Shown: piece by piece, positions 31,350 through 42,132 of the stretch
Layout of the letters: each line of letters begins with the position of its first letter
Position numbering within the stretch: position 1 is the first letter of the stretch
Assembly: GCA_051892935.1 (NCBI GenBank)
Contig: JBJFGS010000031.1
Location: 1 to 64,000 of the forward strand
Source of the DNA: Candidatus Coprovivens sp.
GTDB lineage: Bacteria > Bacillota_I > Bacilli_A > RF39 > UBA660
Length of the DNA stretch: 64,000 nucleotides
Direction: 5' to 3'
Position numbers and translations under genes: made by a program
Notes under the pieces: generated by a model
What the model was told of the DNA's origin: nothing
The model's input: the letters and a program-made list of their open reading frames with translations, nothing else
Databases searched by the model: none

Positions 31350-32936
31350 GTGATTTTTATGAAAAAGAATATTATTTTTTTAGTATTAATGTTTTTTATA
31401 GCTATATCAACAGTTAGTGCTTTAGGGGATTATAAGGGGTTTACTAGAAATGTTGGAGAAGAAAGATTATTTTCAGGTGTTATATTAAATGATGGAAGCT
31501 TTATTATAGCTGGTGGGTATGGAACTTGGGATCGACCTGAATTAGGTGGAGCAGGAGATGGTAATTTTGCATCTATTATTGCTAGATATGCTATGTCAGG
31601 AGAAATGATATGGGAGAAGACACTAGATACAACTCATGATAATCCTATTAATGCTATAAAAGTAGCTAAAAACGGAGATTTAATACTTGCTGGTACTTAT
31701 TTTTTATCTAGATTAGATAAAAATGGTGAAATAATTTGGTATGATCGATATGAACAATGGAATGATGATTATTATTTTGATTCTTTAGTTTTGGATCAAG
31801 ATGATAATATTTATGTTGATACTACTAAAAAACTTATTAAATATGATAAAGATAGAAATATTGTAAAAGAATATCCCCATAATCAAATATATGAGGAAGA
31901 TATGGTTTATTCTAAAGAAAAAGATGAAATAGTTTTACTACATAGGCATATAGTGGGAGGTAGTCTTGATACAGAAATATTAGTAACTGGTTTAGATACT
32001 GATTTGAATAAGAAATGGGAATATAAATTAACACCTCCAAATAATGATGGAAGATATTTAGTATCATCTATTACAGAAGCTAATGATGGTTATATTATAG
32101 TTGGATATGTACATGATGATATTACAATTGATGGTATCGATAAAAAAGGAGAAGAAGATGCTTTTATTTTAAAAATTGATAAAGAGGGAAATAAACTTTG
32201 GGTTAATACATATGGTGGAACTGATAAAAGAGCATATTTCGCAATTGGAGGTCAAGTTGAGAATGGAAATATTATAGTTATTGGTGATACAGAATATTAT
32301 GAAAATAGAACAAAATTATCTGATGAAATCAATATATTTGAATATTCTAATAAAACGGGAGAATTAGTAAGTGTAAAAACACATTTACATTCTGAACAAT
32401 TTAGTGGTTCTGGTATTTCAAATATATCTTGTGCTTTTGGTGGAGTAATATCTAATGAAAATGGTTATGTATTTACTGGGTTTACTGCATTTGATGAATT
32501 TGATGGACTTAAGCCTTCTGAAAATCCTGATTTTGAAAGATATCATCACAACTCTTTTGTTATATATAATACACAGCCTTCGGTTTACGATATTAATAAA
32601 AATGAAAAAAATGGTGGTTCTATTGATTTATCAGCTTCAAATTCTATAGCTGGTGAAGTAATAACTATAATTGTTAATCCTAGTGATGGTTATTTGTTTG
32701 ATAATTTAACTATTTTAGATAATGATAATAAAGTTGTTGAATATAGCAAAATGAGTGATAATATGTATTCTTTTGTAATGCCTGATTCGGATGTTTTTAT
32801 TGAAGCTTATTTTTTAGAAGAAATAAAAAATCCAGAAACTGGCGATATTATATTGATATCTATTGTGGCTATCTTATTGCTTGTTTTGTGTATTATTTGT
32901 ATTAGGAAAAGATTTAATATATTTGTAAATTATTAG
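31350..32936 (+). CDS. Secreted beta-propeller-like surface protein with bacterial repeat domain and NPETG sortase-like anchor
   Basis: Signal peptide, DAFILK.D.EGN..W..TYGG repeats, YSFVMP..DV, NPETGD + TM + basic tail. Confidence 0.7.
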   Translation: MIFMKKNIIFLVLMFFIAISTVSALGDYKGFTRNVGEERLFSGVILNDGSFIIAGGYGTWDRPELGGAGDGNFASIIARYAMSGEMIWEKTLDTTHDNPINAIKVAKNGDLILAGTYFLSRLDKNGEIIWYDRYEQWNDDYYFDSLVLDQDDNIYVDTTKKLIKYDKDRNIVKEYPHNQIYEEDMVYSKEKDEIVLLHRHIVGGSLDTEILVTGLDTDLNKKWEYKLTPPNNDGRYLVSSITEANDGYIIVGYVHDDITIDGIDKKGEEDAFILKIDKEGNKLWVNTYGGTDKRAYFAIGGQVENGNIIVIGDTEYYENRTKLSDEINIFEYSNKTGELVSVKTHLHSEQFSGSGISNISCAFGGVISNENGYVFTGFTAFDEFDGLKPSENPDFERYHHNSFVIYNTQPSVYDINKNEKNGGSIDLSASNSIAGEVITIIVNPSDGYLFDNLTILDNDNKVVEYSKMSDNMYSFVMPDSDVFIEAYFLEEIKNPETGDIILISIVAILLLVLCIICIRKRFNIFVNY

Positions 32937-33169
32937 TTATTTACAAATTCTTTGTAAAAAAATAAGGATATTTTATTACTGAAATATCTTTTTATTTTTC
33001 GACATAATTCGACATATATCTTTATTTTATATATAGTCAATGATATAATGTATATTGTAGGATAGTAGTTCTATATGAGATATGATTTAACCTACGTGAT
33101 TTATCCATAATACTTTGAGTATTTTGGTTAATGATTATTTCTATTTTGATAATGAGGAGGTGAATAAAG

Positions 33170-33661
33170 GTGAAAAAGAAAAGAACATTTTTAGTAGTAG
33201 CTTTATTAGTTGCTGCATTAACTCTTGCTGTAGGTTATTCGGCTATAACTAAAAATTTAGAAGTTACGGGTTCTGCTTCAGCAACTACAGATGATTCTAA
33301 TTTTAAAGTAAGATTTACAGGAACTCCAGCAACAAGTGATGCTGATAAAGTAACAGCTTCAATTACTAGTGAATTAGCTGCAACAATTGATGTTAGTGGC
33401 TTAACTACAACAGGTGATACTGTAACTGCTACTTATACAATTGAAAATTATAGTTCTGAATTAGGAGCTGCTCTTGCAGTAGGAGCTATAACTAATAATA
33501 ATAGTGAATATTTTGAAGTAACAGCTTCATTAGGTGCTGCTTCTATTGCTGCAGGAGCAACAACTACTTTAACTGTGACTGTTAAATTGGTAAAGACTCC
33601 AATTGTAGATCAAACAACAAGTATTAAAGTTCCAGTAACAGCAACTGCAACAACTATTTAG
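33170..33661 (+). CDS. Secreted Thr/Ala-rich beta protein, candidate SipW-processed fibre subunit
   Basis: Signal peptide ending VGYSA-ITKNLEVTGSA; upstream of a SipW-type peptidase. Confidence 0.6.
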   Translation: MKKKRTFLVVALLVAALTLAVGYSAITKNLEVTGSASATTDDSNFKVRFTGTPATSDADKVTASITSELAATIDVSGLTTTGDTVTATYTIENYSSELGAALAVGAITNNNSEYFEVTASLGAASIAAGATTTLTVTVKLVKTPIVDQTTSIKVPVTATATTI

Positions 33662-33696
33662 TGATATTTGGCTTAAAGTAGGCAAGGGGATGAGTT

Positions 33697-34815
33697 ATGA
33701 AAAGAAATCAATTAAAAACGTATTTTTTGCAAGTATTATTGATAATAATTTTAATCCTTGCTCTCTTTAAACCAAATATTGTATCTAATATGGTAATGGC
33801 AATTATTTTGTTTATATATATGATAGTTGTATTTTTCTTGTTAAAGAAAAGAAAAATATTATCTATATATTATAAACAAGTAACTATTTTAATGGTTGGT
33901 TTAGCTATTATTTATTTAGGATTGTTTTATTTATTAGGTGTATACTTTGGTTTTTATAAATCACCTGTTCCTTTTGGATTATGGGGCATAATACATTACA
34001 TTTTACCTTTTTCTGTGATTGTTATTTCATCTGAAATTATTCGATATGTATTCTTATCACAAAAGAGTAAAATGTCTGGTATTTTAACTTTTGTAGCAAT
34101 GGTTCTAATAGATATTGTTTTATATACAAAAGTTTACGATATGGGGAGATTGGATGATATTTTAGCAGCTGTTGGTTTTGTTGCTTTTGCTTCTGTATCT
34201 TGTAACTTATTATATAACTATATTACTAATAGATATGGTTATATGCCAGTTATGATATATCGTCTAATTACAGTTTTATATGCTTATATTATCCCTATTC
34301 TTCCGGATGTATATATATTCTTTAGATCTATTGGTAGAATGATATATCCATATTTAGTTTACTTAGTAATTGAATATACATATTCAAAAACGAAAGTAGC
34401 TAGTGAATATAGATTTAGAAATCTAAGATTAATTAATACGACAATACTAGTTGTTGTAATAGGATTATTAGCAATGCTTATATCATGTAAATTTAAGTAT
34501 GGTATTTTAGTAATTGGTTCTGAAAGCATGACAGGAGCTATTAATAAAGGTGATTCAATTATATATGAAAGTTATAATAATCAATCTCTTAGTGAAAACG
34601 ATATTATAGTTTTTGAAAATAATAATATGCAAGTAGTTCATAGAATTGTTGATATAAAAAATGTTAATAACAAAAATCGTTACTATACAAAAGGTGATTT
34701 TAACCAGAGTAAAGATATTGGTTATATTACAGATGAAGATATAATTGGAATAGTAAAATATAGAATTCCATATATTGGATATCCAACCTTATGGTTGAAA
34801 GAAATGATTGATTAG
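33697..34815 (+). CDS. Multi-TM protein fused to an S26 signal peptidase I (SipW/ER-type)
   Basis: VIGSESM..AI.KGD (Ser), VVHRIV (His), TKGD.N..D. Confidence 0.85.
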   Translation: MKRNQLKTYFLQVLLIIILILALFKPNIVSNMVMAIILFIYMIVVFFLLKKRKILSIYYKQVTILMVGLAIIYLGLFYLLGVYFGFYKSPVPFGLWGIIHYILPFSVIVISSEIIRYVFLSQKSKMSGILTFVAMVLIDIVLYTKVYDMGRLDDILAAVGFVAFASVSCNLLYNYITNRYGYMPVMIYRLITVLYAYIIPILPDVYIFFRSIGRMIYPYLVYLVIEYTYSKTKVASEYRFRNLRLINTTILVVVIGLLAMLISCKFKYGILVIGSESMTGAINKGDSIIYESYNNQSLSENDIIVFENNNMQVVHRIVDIKNVNNKNRYYTKGDFNQSKDIGYITDEDIIGIVKYRIPYIGYPTLWLKEMID

Positions 34816-34830
34816 AAAGGAGTAGAATAT

Positions 34831-35946
34831 ATGAAAAGAAAACAAGTTAATGCTATATTAGTTGATCAAACTATAAGAAGAAGAAAAATATTAAATTATA
34901 TATTTATAATTATTGCTTTAACAATCTTATTTAGTTTTTTCTTAGCTTTATATATTTTGAATAATAAAGTTTATTATGTTAATTATAAAGAAAATAGTGA
35001 ACTTGATTATAAAGTATATCTAAAAGAAAATGAATTCTTTGATACTAATTATTTAGGTAAGGATCGTCAGTATATAGCTAGTATAATTGATTATATAGAT
35101 GCTAATTTTAATTATAAATTAGAAGTCGATGATAAAGATATAGATTATCAATATTCTTATAAAATAGTAGCAAATGTAGATGTAAAGGAAAAGAATTCTG
35201 ATAATAGTCTTTATAGTTATAGTAAAGTATTAGAGCAAAAAGATTCTATTGATACAAATAGTAATACTGATTTAATAATATATAAAGATTTAAAAGTAGA
35301 TTATAACTATTATAATGAACTTATTAAAAAATTTGTTAATACTTATGGTTTAGATGATACTGAAAGTACATTAACAATTAGTATGTATGTTAATGTATTA
35401 GGTAATTGTGATAGCGTTGATTTTAATAAAAATGAATCAGTTATTTCATTAGTAATTCCTTTAACTACAAAAACAGTTGGTATTGATATTAGTTATGACT
35501 TATTAGATGAAGATTTAGAAAATATTATGATATGTAAGGATAGCAATTATTTCGGTACAATACTAATTATAATGATGATTATTGTTTTAGGTGCTGATGT
35601 TTATTATGTTGTTGCTCTTTCAAAGTATGTAGTTATTACTAGAACTGCTGAAACTATATATGATAAGGAATTAAAGAAAATACTAAATAATTATAAGAGT
35701 TATATTCAAAAGATTAATAATGAATTTGATTTAAGAGGATACCAAGTATTAAAAGTTGATACTTTTAATGATATGTTAGAAATAAGAGATACTGTTTGTG
35801 AACCTATTTTAATGGTAGAAAATAAAGAAAAAACAGGTGTATTCTTCTTAATACCAAGCAGTAATAAAATATTATATTCTTATAGTTTAAAAGTAAGTAC
35901 AATAAAAAAAGAGATAAGAAAAAATGAATACAGTAAGAAGTCATAA
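34831..35946 (+). CDS. DUF5305-like membrane protein
   Basis: Two TMs, DYKVYLKEN.F, KILNNY..YI, V.TF.DML.I.D....PIL. Confidence 0.65.
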   Translation: MKRKQVNAILVDQTIRRRKILNYIFIIIALTILFSFFLALYILNNKVYYVNYKENSELDYKVYLKENEFFDTNYLGKDRQYIASIIDYIDANFNYKLEVDDKDIDYQYSYKIVANVDVKEKNSDNSLYSYSKVLEQKDSIDTNSNTDLIIYKDLKVDYNYYNELIKKFVNTYGLDDTESTLTISMYVNVLGNCDSVDFNKNESVISLVIPLTTKTVGIDISYDLLDEDLENIMICKDSNYFGTILIIMMIIVLGADVYYVVALSKYVVITRTAETIYDKELKKILNNYKSYIQKINNEFDLRGYQVLKVDTFNDMLEIRDTVCEPILMVENKEKTGVFFLIPSSNKILYSYSLKVSTIKKEIRKNEYSKKS

Positions 35947-37111
35947 AAATATGCAAAAACATGTTAGATATTATAAAATATTTCCTATTCTAATTCTTTT
36001 CTCTTTTTTCTTTATTAGTATAGGGTATGCTGCTATAAATTCTATTACTATGGAAGTTAGTGGTGTTGCTGTTGCTAATGTTCAAACAGGGGTCTTTATA
36101 ACTAGTGCAACAACAAATGATTCGTTATCTACTGTTGATAATTATTATAAAACAATGCTTGAAAGTACGACTACTTTATCAACAACAATTTCAACTTCAT
36201 CTGTGGTTTATACTATTACAATATTTAATAATACTTTAGAAAAACAAACATTTACTGGTGTTAAATATGAAGAAGAATTCTATGATAATGAAAATATAGT
36301 ATTTGAACTAGATGGAATAGCTGTTGGAGATTCTTTAGAACCAAATGAAAGTAAAACATTTAATATTTCTTTCCATTATTTAGATTATAATATCGTAAGT
36401 AATAATGTTTTAAAATCATATTTAAATTTTGAATTTAAGAAAACTTATTCTGTTCAATATATAAATTTTTCAGATGATGAAGTTACTACTAATAATTATC
36501 CAACGATGGCTATTGAAGGGGAATCTTTAGTAGTTAATTTTGTAGATGTTGTACCTAATCTAGTAGTTAGTATGGATGATAATGAATTATTAAAAGATAC
36601 TGATTATAGATATGTTGATAATGTTTTAACAATACCTAATGTTAATGGTGATATTATAATTAGAATTAATACAATAGTTGGTCCTGTTCAAGGAACAGAT
36701 GGTAATTACTTTGAGGGTAGTGCTATACCTGGAAATGGTACTGTATTAGAAGATAAATGGACTGGTGATGTTTATAATTTAACACTTGGAATACCGGCTG
36801 GTATTGGATCTGTTACTACTTATACTTATACAGTTAGGTTAACTAATAATACAGAGTATGTTTGGACTAATTTGCAAAATACAGATACAATTATAAATTC
36901 TGGTGGTGGTTTTTTAGGAAAAGCATTACAAGGATTTAGTTCTTCATTATCAAGTAATACTTTAAATCCAGGAGAGACATTAACTATTACATTTACTATT
37001 AGATATAGAGTTAATTTTGATTGTTCAGCACAAGGACAAACTATAATAAAATTAAATACTAATGGTGAAGAAAAGCAAATTGAACTTAATATTAATTTCT
37101 CAATGACTTAG
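35924..37111 (+). CDS. Secreted/surface protein with the same GYAA-type N-terminus (candidate minor fibre subunit)
   Basis: SIGYAAINSITMEVSG.A; beta-rich Ig-like segments. Confidence 0.55.
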   Translation: MNTVRSHKNMQKHVRYYKIFPILILFSFFFISIGYAAINSITMEVSGVAVANVQTGVFITSATTNDSLSTVDNYYKTMLESTTTLSTTISTSSVVYTITIFNNTLEKQTFTGVKYEEEFYDNENIVFELDGIAVGDSLEPNESKTFNISFHYLDYNIVSNNVLKSYLNFEFKKTYSVQYINFSDDEVTTNNYPTMAIEGESLVVNFVDVVPNLVVSMDDNELLKDTDYRYVDNVLTIPNVNGDIIIRINTIVGPVQGTDGNYFEGSAIPGNGTVLEDKWTGDVYNLTLGIPAGIGSVTTYTYTVRLTNNTEYVWTNLQNTDTIINSGGGFLGKALQGFSSSLSSNTLNPGETLTITFTIRYRVNFDCSAQGQTIIKLNTNGEEKQIELNINFSMT

Positions 37112-37312
37112 TGTATACTAGTATATTGAAGGAGATTAAATTTTTTGAGTAGTATATTTGCTTGTATAAATTTGAAATAAGTTAATATTTTCAAAGTACG
37201 AATAGTAATTTCTAAAGTGCAATTTTGGCACTTTAGAAATTTCTTTTTTTATTTATGTAATACTAACAAATGATAACTTTTTTGTTATAATGTTATTAAT
37301 GGAGGTGCTAGA

Positions 37313-38161
37313 ATGTCTGAAAAAGAATTAGATTCAAGTATAAATGATTATATTGAAACTGAAACACCTAAAAATTATATAAAACAATTGCAATGGGATA
37401 TGGCTATTGGACTTCAAGAAGTTGATAACTTAAAACCATCTAAGTATTTAGAAAAGTTGTTACAAGAAAATGTAACAGGTGAAAAAACAATTTATGAAGT
37501 TGAACATGAATTAAAACAATATTATGTAGAAAAAGATATAACTGATAAAATAATACAAGGAGAATTTGAATGTGATTTAGTTTCAACTAGAATAGTTCAA
37601 TTACTAGAAGAAGATAATTTTGAATTATCAGTAGACTATATAAAATATATTCATGAATATTTATTTAAAGATGTTTATGAATTTGCAGGAGAATTTAGAA
37701 AAGTAGATTTTTCTAAACATGAAAAGATATTAAATAATGATTCAGTTGCTTATGGTGATTGCAAACTATTAGAACAATCATTAGATTATGATATATCATT
37801 AGAAAAAAATAAGAACTATAATGAAATGAATATAGTTGATGTAATTAATAATATAACTAACTTTTCTTCAAGTATATGGCAAATACATCCATTTAGAGAA
37901 GGTAATACTAGAACTACTGCAGTATTTATAGAAAAGTATTTAGTATCACTTGGATATGATGTAGATAATACTATGTTTAAAGATAAATCTGTTTATTATA
38001 GAAATGCTTTAGTAAGAAGTAATTATTTTAATAATTATTTAAATATTAAAGAAGATAATAGTTTTTTAGTTAAATTTTATGAAAACTTATTATTAGGTAA
38101 AAATAATAATTTACATTCAAAAGATTTGATTGTAGAAGAGTTGTTTGATAAGAATAATTAG
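37313..38161 (+). CDS. Fic family protein with N-terminal VbhA-like inhibitory segment
   Basis: HPFREGNTR Fic motif; W.MAIGLQEVD.L.PS N-terminus. Confidence 0.9.
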   Translation: MSEKELDSSINDYIETETPKNYIKQLQWDMAIGLQEVDNLKPSKYLEKLLQENVTGEKTIYEVEHELKQYYVEKDITDKIIQGEFECDLVSTRIVQLLEEDNFELSVDYIKYIHEYLFKDVYEFAGEFRKVDFSKHEKILNNDSVAYGDCKLLEQSLDYDISLEKNKNYNEMNIVDVINNITNFSSSIWQIHPFREGNTRTTAVFIEKYLVSLGYDVDNTMFKDKSVYYRNALVRSNYFNNYLNIKEDNSFLVKFYENLLLGKNNNLHSKDLIVEELFDKNN

Positions 38162-38320
38162 ATGCTGATACGAACTTATTGATATTAGGTTTGTATCAGT
38201 TTTTTTAATGGTTATTAAAATAAAAAAGTATCATTGATACTATTTTTTGTTGACTTCGATAAAATAGTGAATATAATAATAGGTAATAAATAGGGTCCCA
38301 TAAGGGTAGAAAGGAAATAA

Positions 38321-38665
38321 ATGAAGTGAAGGGCAATTAATGAGGAAGTAGCAGAATATTTAAAAGATGTAAGAAGAATAATTAAGAAACCTAACAATTT
38401 AATAATGTCTGATAATAGAGAAAAGAATAAAAATTTTTATAAGAAGTTTAAGTATGATAGAAAAAGAGTAATTAATGTATTAAATAAATTAAAAAAAGAA
38501 GATTTTAGATATAAAACAAAGAATGAACATGAAACTTATGAATATGAATATTTATATGTATTTAGTATATGTTGTGAAGAGAATATAGAAGTGTATTTAA
38601 AGATTAATAAATTAACAAATAAAGTAATAATAGTTTCTATGCATGAAACAGAATATAAGGTTTAG
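38321..38665 (+). pseudogene. MqsR/RelE-like toxin gene with an early in-frame TGA (ORF track starts at 38405)
   Basis: RBS GAAAGGA-ATG AAG TGA, then open frame into 38405; C-terminal YLKI....IVSMH; upstream of an MqsA-like antitoxin. Confidence 0.6.
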
Positions 38666-39676
38666 GTGAGATTTATGAAAAAGTTTTGTGATAAATGTTT
38701 AAAAGATGTAGAAGTAGTTTATAAAGAAGAGAATACAAAAGAATTTATTGATGATATAGAAATAGAATATTTAGAAAAGTATTATATATGTAAAGAATGT
38801 AATCATGAATTCTATGATGATCTTCATGATTATAATATTGATGCAGCTAATTATGAATATAGAAAAGCGATAGGAATGATTACAATTCCTGAAATAGAAG
38901 AAATAATAGAAAAATATAATATAGGTAAAAAGCCATTATCTTTAATATTAGGACTAGGTGAAATAACTATTACTAGATATTTAGATGGTCAGAATCCTAC
39001 TAAAGAAAATTCAGAGTTATTAAAGAATATAAAAGATAATCCTTGTTTATATGAATTATATTTATTAGGTAATAAAGATAAAATAACTGAAGTAGCATTT
39101 AAGAAATCATTAGGTAAAACTAAGCAGTTACAGATGAATGAAGAACATTCTAAGTTATATGATAGTGCTTTATATATAGTAAAAAAATTAGAAGATACTA
39201 CTCCTTTAGCAATACAAAAAATATTATATTTTGCACAATGTTTTAGTAATAAGTTTATGAAGAAGACATTATTTGTAATGCCAGCTGAAGCTTGGATACA
39301 TGGCCCAGTATATAGAGACATATATGATTGTTTTTCATATTATAAAAATAATGCTATAAATTATAGTGAATTATTAAGTGAACATGAATTTAGTTTAGAT
39401 ACAGAAGAAAAAGAATATTTAGATTCTATTATTAAGTATTTTGGATGTTATAGTGCGAGAGTTTTAAGAGAGATGACTCATTTAACTAAGCCATGGCAAA
39501 TGGCTCGTGAAGGTTTAAATAAAGATGAATCTTCTAATAGAATTATTGATTTAAAAGATGTTAATTATTATGTAGATGAAATTAGTAAAGAATATAATAT
39601 AAATAAAATAGATGACTTAAAGCAATATAGTACTGACTTATTTGAGAAGGCTTTGAGTAATTTGGAGAGTAGATAA
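38666..39676 (+). CDS. Antitoxin: MqsA-like Zn ribbon + HTH fused to a SocA/Panacea (DUF4065) domain
   Basis: CDKC..CKEC, LSLILGLGEITITRY HTH, QKILYFAQ...EAWIHGPV...L...TH...PW. Confidence 0.85.
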   Translation: MRFMKKFCDKCLKDVEVVYKEENTKEFIDDIEIEYLEKYYICKECNHEFYDDLHDYNIDAANYEYRKAIGMITIPEIEEIIEKYNIGKKPLSLILGLGEITITRYLDGQNPTKENSELLKNIKDNPCLYELYLLGNKDKITEVAFKKSLGKTKQLQMNEEHSKLYDSALYIVKKLEDTTPLAIQKILYFAQCFSNKFMKKTLFVMPAEAWIHGPVYRDIYDCFSYYKNNAINYSELLSEHEFSLDTEEKEYLDSIIKYFGCYSARVLREMTHLTKPWQMAREGLNKDESSNRIIDLKDVNYYVDEISKEYNINKIDDLKQYSTDLFEKALSNLESR

Positions 39677-40216
39677 GGGGCATGCTTTTTTAGTGTTTTT
39701 TTAGAAAGTGAAATGACTTATATGTTTTCGAGTAAGATGAGTAATATAAATTCTAGTTTTTATTAAAAAATGATAAAGCTTAATCTAAATAATTATTTTA
39801 ATTATCTAAAAAGATGACAGATTCTTGATGTAGAGTTATTCTTAAAGAATTTTCATCTAGATGGGAACTAAAAGATATGTAATCAACTGGCTGTCAACTA
39901 GCTTTATGGAATTGACTATTAGATAATAATTGCGAAATTATCTTATAGTAAAATAAATTCTCGTAAAAGGGAACTTTTAGAAAAATATTAATAAAATAAC
40001 AACTGTGTTGTAAATGGAACACTTGGGAAATAATAGTAAATAATAATCAATGTATATTAAATTTATGAAAGCAATATATAGCTAATATGATTAGTTTTTA
40101 GACATCGCGACCAAAACATTTGAAATTAGAATATTTATGATATCTAATGTTTAGATATAAATCGACAAATATTGCACATTTTTATAGTGTAATAAAAAAG
40201 AAGAGGAGATGATTTA

Positions 40217-41737
40217 ATGACTGAAGCTGAAGTAATTGAGATAATAGAATATTTAAAAACGTACAAAACTGAAACAAATAAAATAGAAGCAAAGACTGCT
40301 TCAGTAGATTTTCCTAAAAAATGTTATGATACTTTTTCTAGTTTTTCAAATAAATATGGTGGAGTTATTATATTTGGTGTAAATGAAGAAAAAGGTTTTG
40401 AAATAGAAGGTGTTTATGATTTAAATGACTTACAAAAGAAAATAAGTTCATTATGTAGCGATTCAATGTCACCAGCCATAAGACCTGATATTTTACCTAT
40501 AAAGTATGAGGGGAAAGATTTACTAGCAGTTAAAGTTGATGAGATAATACAAAATAAAAAACCATGTTTTTACATTCCTAAAGGATTAAATAAAGGATCT
40601 TATACAAGAGTTGGTGATAGCGATGAAATAATGACTGATTACGAAATATATGCTTTACAAAGTTATAATGATCATATATTTGAAGATACTAGACCAACAA
40701 GAAGGTCTACAGTTGAAGATTTAAATCATGAAGAATTGATTAAATATGTAAATAAAGTAAAGGAAAGTAAGCCAAACTTTGCAAAAAATGACTTTGATAA
40801 ATGTTTGAAACTATGCGGCATAACAGATAATAGTGAAGACAAAGTATACCCAACGTTAGCTGGGACTATGTTATTTGGTGAATATCCTCAATCATATTAT
40901 CCACAATTATTTGTTGCATGTGTTGTTGTACCGGGCATAGAATTAGGTGATACTGGTGCAATGGGAGAAAGGTTTATTGATAATAAAAGAATTGAAGGTA
41001 CTATCGAAGAAATGATAACAGGTACTATGAACTTTTTAACACGTAACATGAAAACAAGCGTTATCATAGATTCTAGAGGCCAAAGAATTAATAGAACTGA
41101 ATATCCGTTAGAAGCATTAAGAGAAGCTGTTGCTAATTCTCTTATTCATAGAGATTATAGTACACAAACAGAAAATGCTTATGTTTCTGTATACATGTAT
41201 AACGATAGAATAGAAATTATTAATCCAGGTACACTTTATGGAACAAATAAACTTGAAAAATTAGGAACAGCAACAACTATGGAATCAAGAAACCCAACAA
41301 TTGTAAAAATTCTTGAAGAAAAAGGAGACGTAATTGAAAATCGACATTCAGGAATACCTACAATGAAAAGAGAAATGAAAAAATATGGATTACCTGAACC
41401 AGAGTTTTATGAAGAAAGAGATAGTTTTAAAGTAATATTTAGAAATACTAGTCCTAAACTTGATCAACAAGTTAGTGATCAAGTTAGTGGTCAAGTCGGT
41501 GGTCAAGTCAGTGGTCAAGTCAGTGAACAACAAAAATTAGTATTGAACTTTTGTATACAACAAAAATCAACTAAAGAAATAATGTTACACCTTGGAATTA
41601 ATTCTAGAAGATATATTAGAGAAAAAATAATTAAACCTTTAGTTGATGAAGGTAGATTAGATTATACTAATAAAAACCATATTAATGCGAGTAATCAAAA
41701 ATATATAACAGTAAAAAATGAAGAAACAGAAAAATAA
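40217..41737 (+). CDS. AlbA_2 (Schlafen-like) + HATPase_c_4 protein with C-terminal wHTH
   Basis: IEAK, SFSN..GG.IIFGV, ALREAVAN.LIHRDY, RNP. Confidence 0.85.
   Translation: MTEAEVIEIIEYLKTYKTETNKIEAKTASVDFPKKCYDTFSSFSNKYGGVIIFGVNEEKGFEIEGVYDLNDLQKKISSLCSDSMSPAIRPDILPIKYEGKDLLAVKVDEIIQNKKPCFYIPKGLNKGSYTRVGDSDEIMTDYEIYALQSYNDHIFEDTRPTRRSTVEDLNHEELIKYVNKVKESKPNFAKNDFDKCLKLCGITDNSEDKVYPTLAGTMLFGEYPQSYYPQLFVACVVVPGIELGDTGAMGERFIDNKRIEGTIEEMITGTMNFLTRNMKTSVIIDSRGQRINRTEYPLEALREAVANSLIHRDYSTQTENAYVSVYMYNDRIEIINPGTLYGTNKLEKLGTATTMESRNPTIVKILEEKGDVIENRHSGIPTMKREMKKYGLPEPEFYEERDSFKVIFRNTSPKLDQQVSDQVSGQVGGQVSGQVSEQQKLVLNFCIQQKSTKEIMLHLGINSRRYIREKIIKPLVDEGRLDYTNKNHINASNQKYITVKNEETEK
41468..41527 (+). 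repeat. Five in-frame 12-bp tandem repeats (QVSD/QVSG/QVGG/QVSG/QVSE)
   Basis: CAAGT(T/C)(A/G)GTG(A/G)N x5. Confidence 0.85.
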
Positions 41738-42132
41738 TTTTTCTGTTTTTTGTTTTATAATGAAAACGATTATAAAATTACTTTATTAGGTGAATTACTT
41801 TTTAAATATGGAGTTAATAATGGTGGTATAAAAGAAGATAAATAGAAATTTATTTTATTTTGGGATAATATCAATTACTTTTGTTTTTGTTTGAGCATAA
41901 TTTTATATAGTAACAACTTAATGAATATATTTTAATAATATATATAGTTAATTATAGTATGTAAGTATATCTATATATAATAGTATTAATCTTTATAACT
42001 AGTATAGTTATAAAAAAGACTATATAATCTTATATACTAAAGGAGATTAAGTATTAATCTCTTTTTCTTTGTTGTTCTCTTGTTTTATTTAGGAGAAAGA
42101 TTATAATATGTGGTAGAAGAGAGGTAGAGTGT

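Noticed and set aside
38321-38329. Genetic code 4 (TGA=Trp) as the explanation of the toxin's TGA
   Set aside because: Long genes translate intact under code 11 using TGG, and TGA ends genes at 10466 and 63115
39677-40216. Long intergenic region (also 41740-42130) as ncRNA or IS remnant
   Set aside because: No terminal repeats, stable structure or recognisable coding remnant
41468-41527. QVSG 12-bp repeats as a phase-variation switch
   Set aside because: In-frame, imperfect, and a common linker in this protein family
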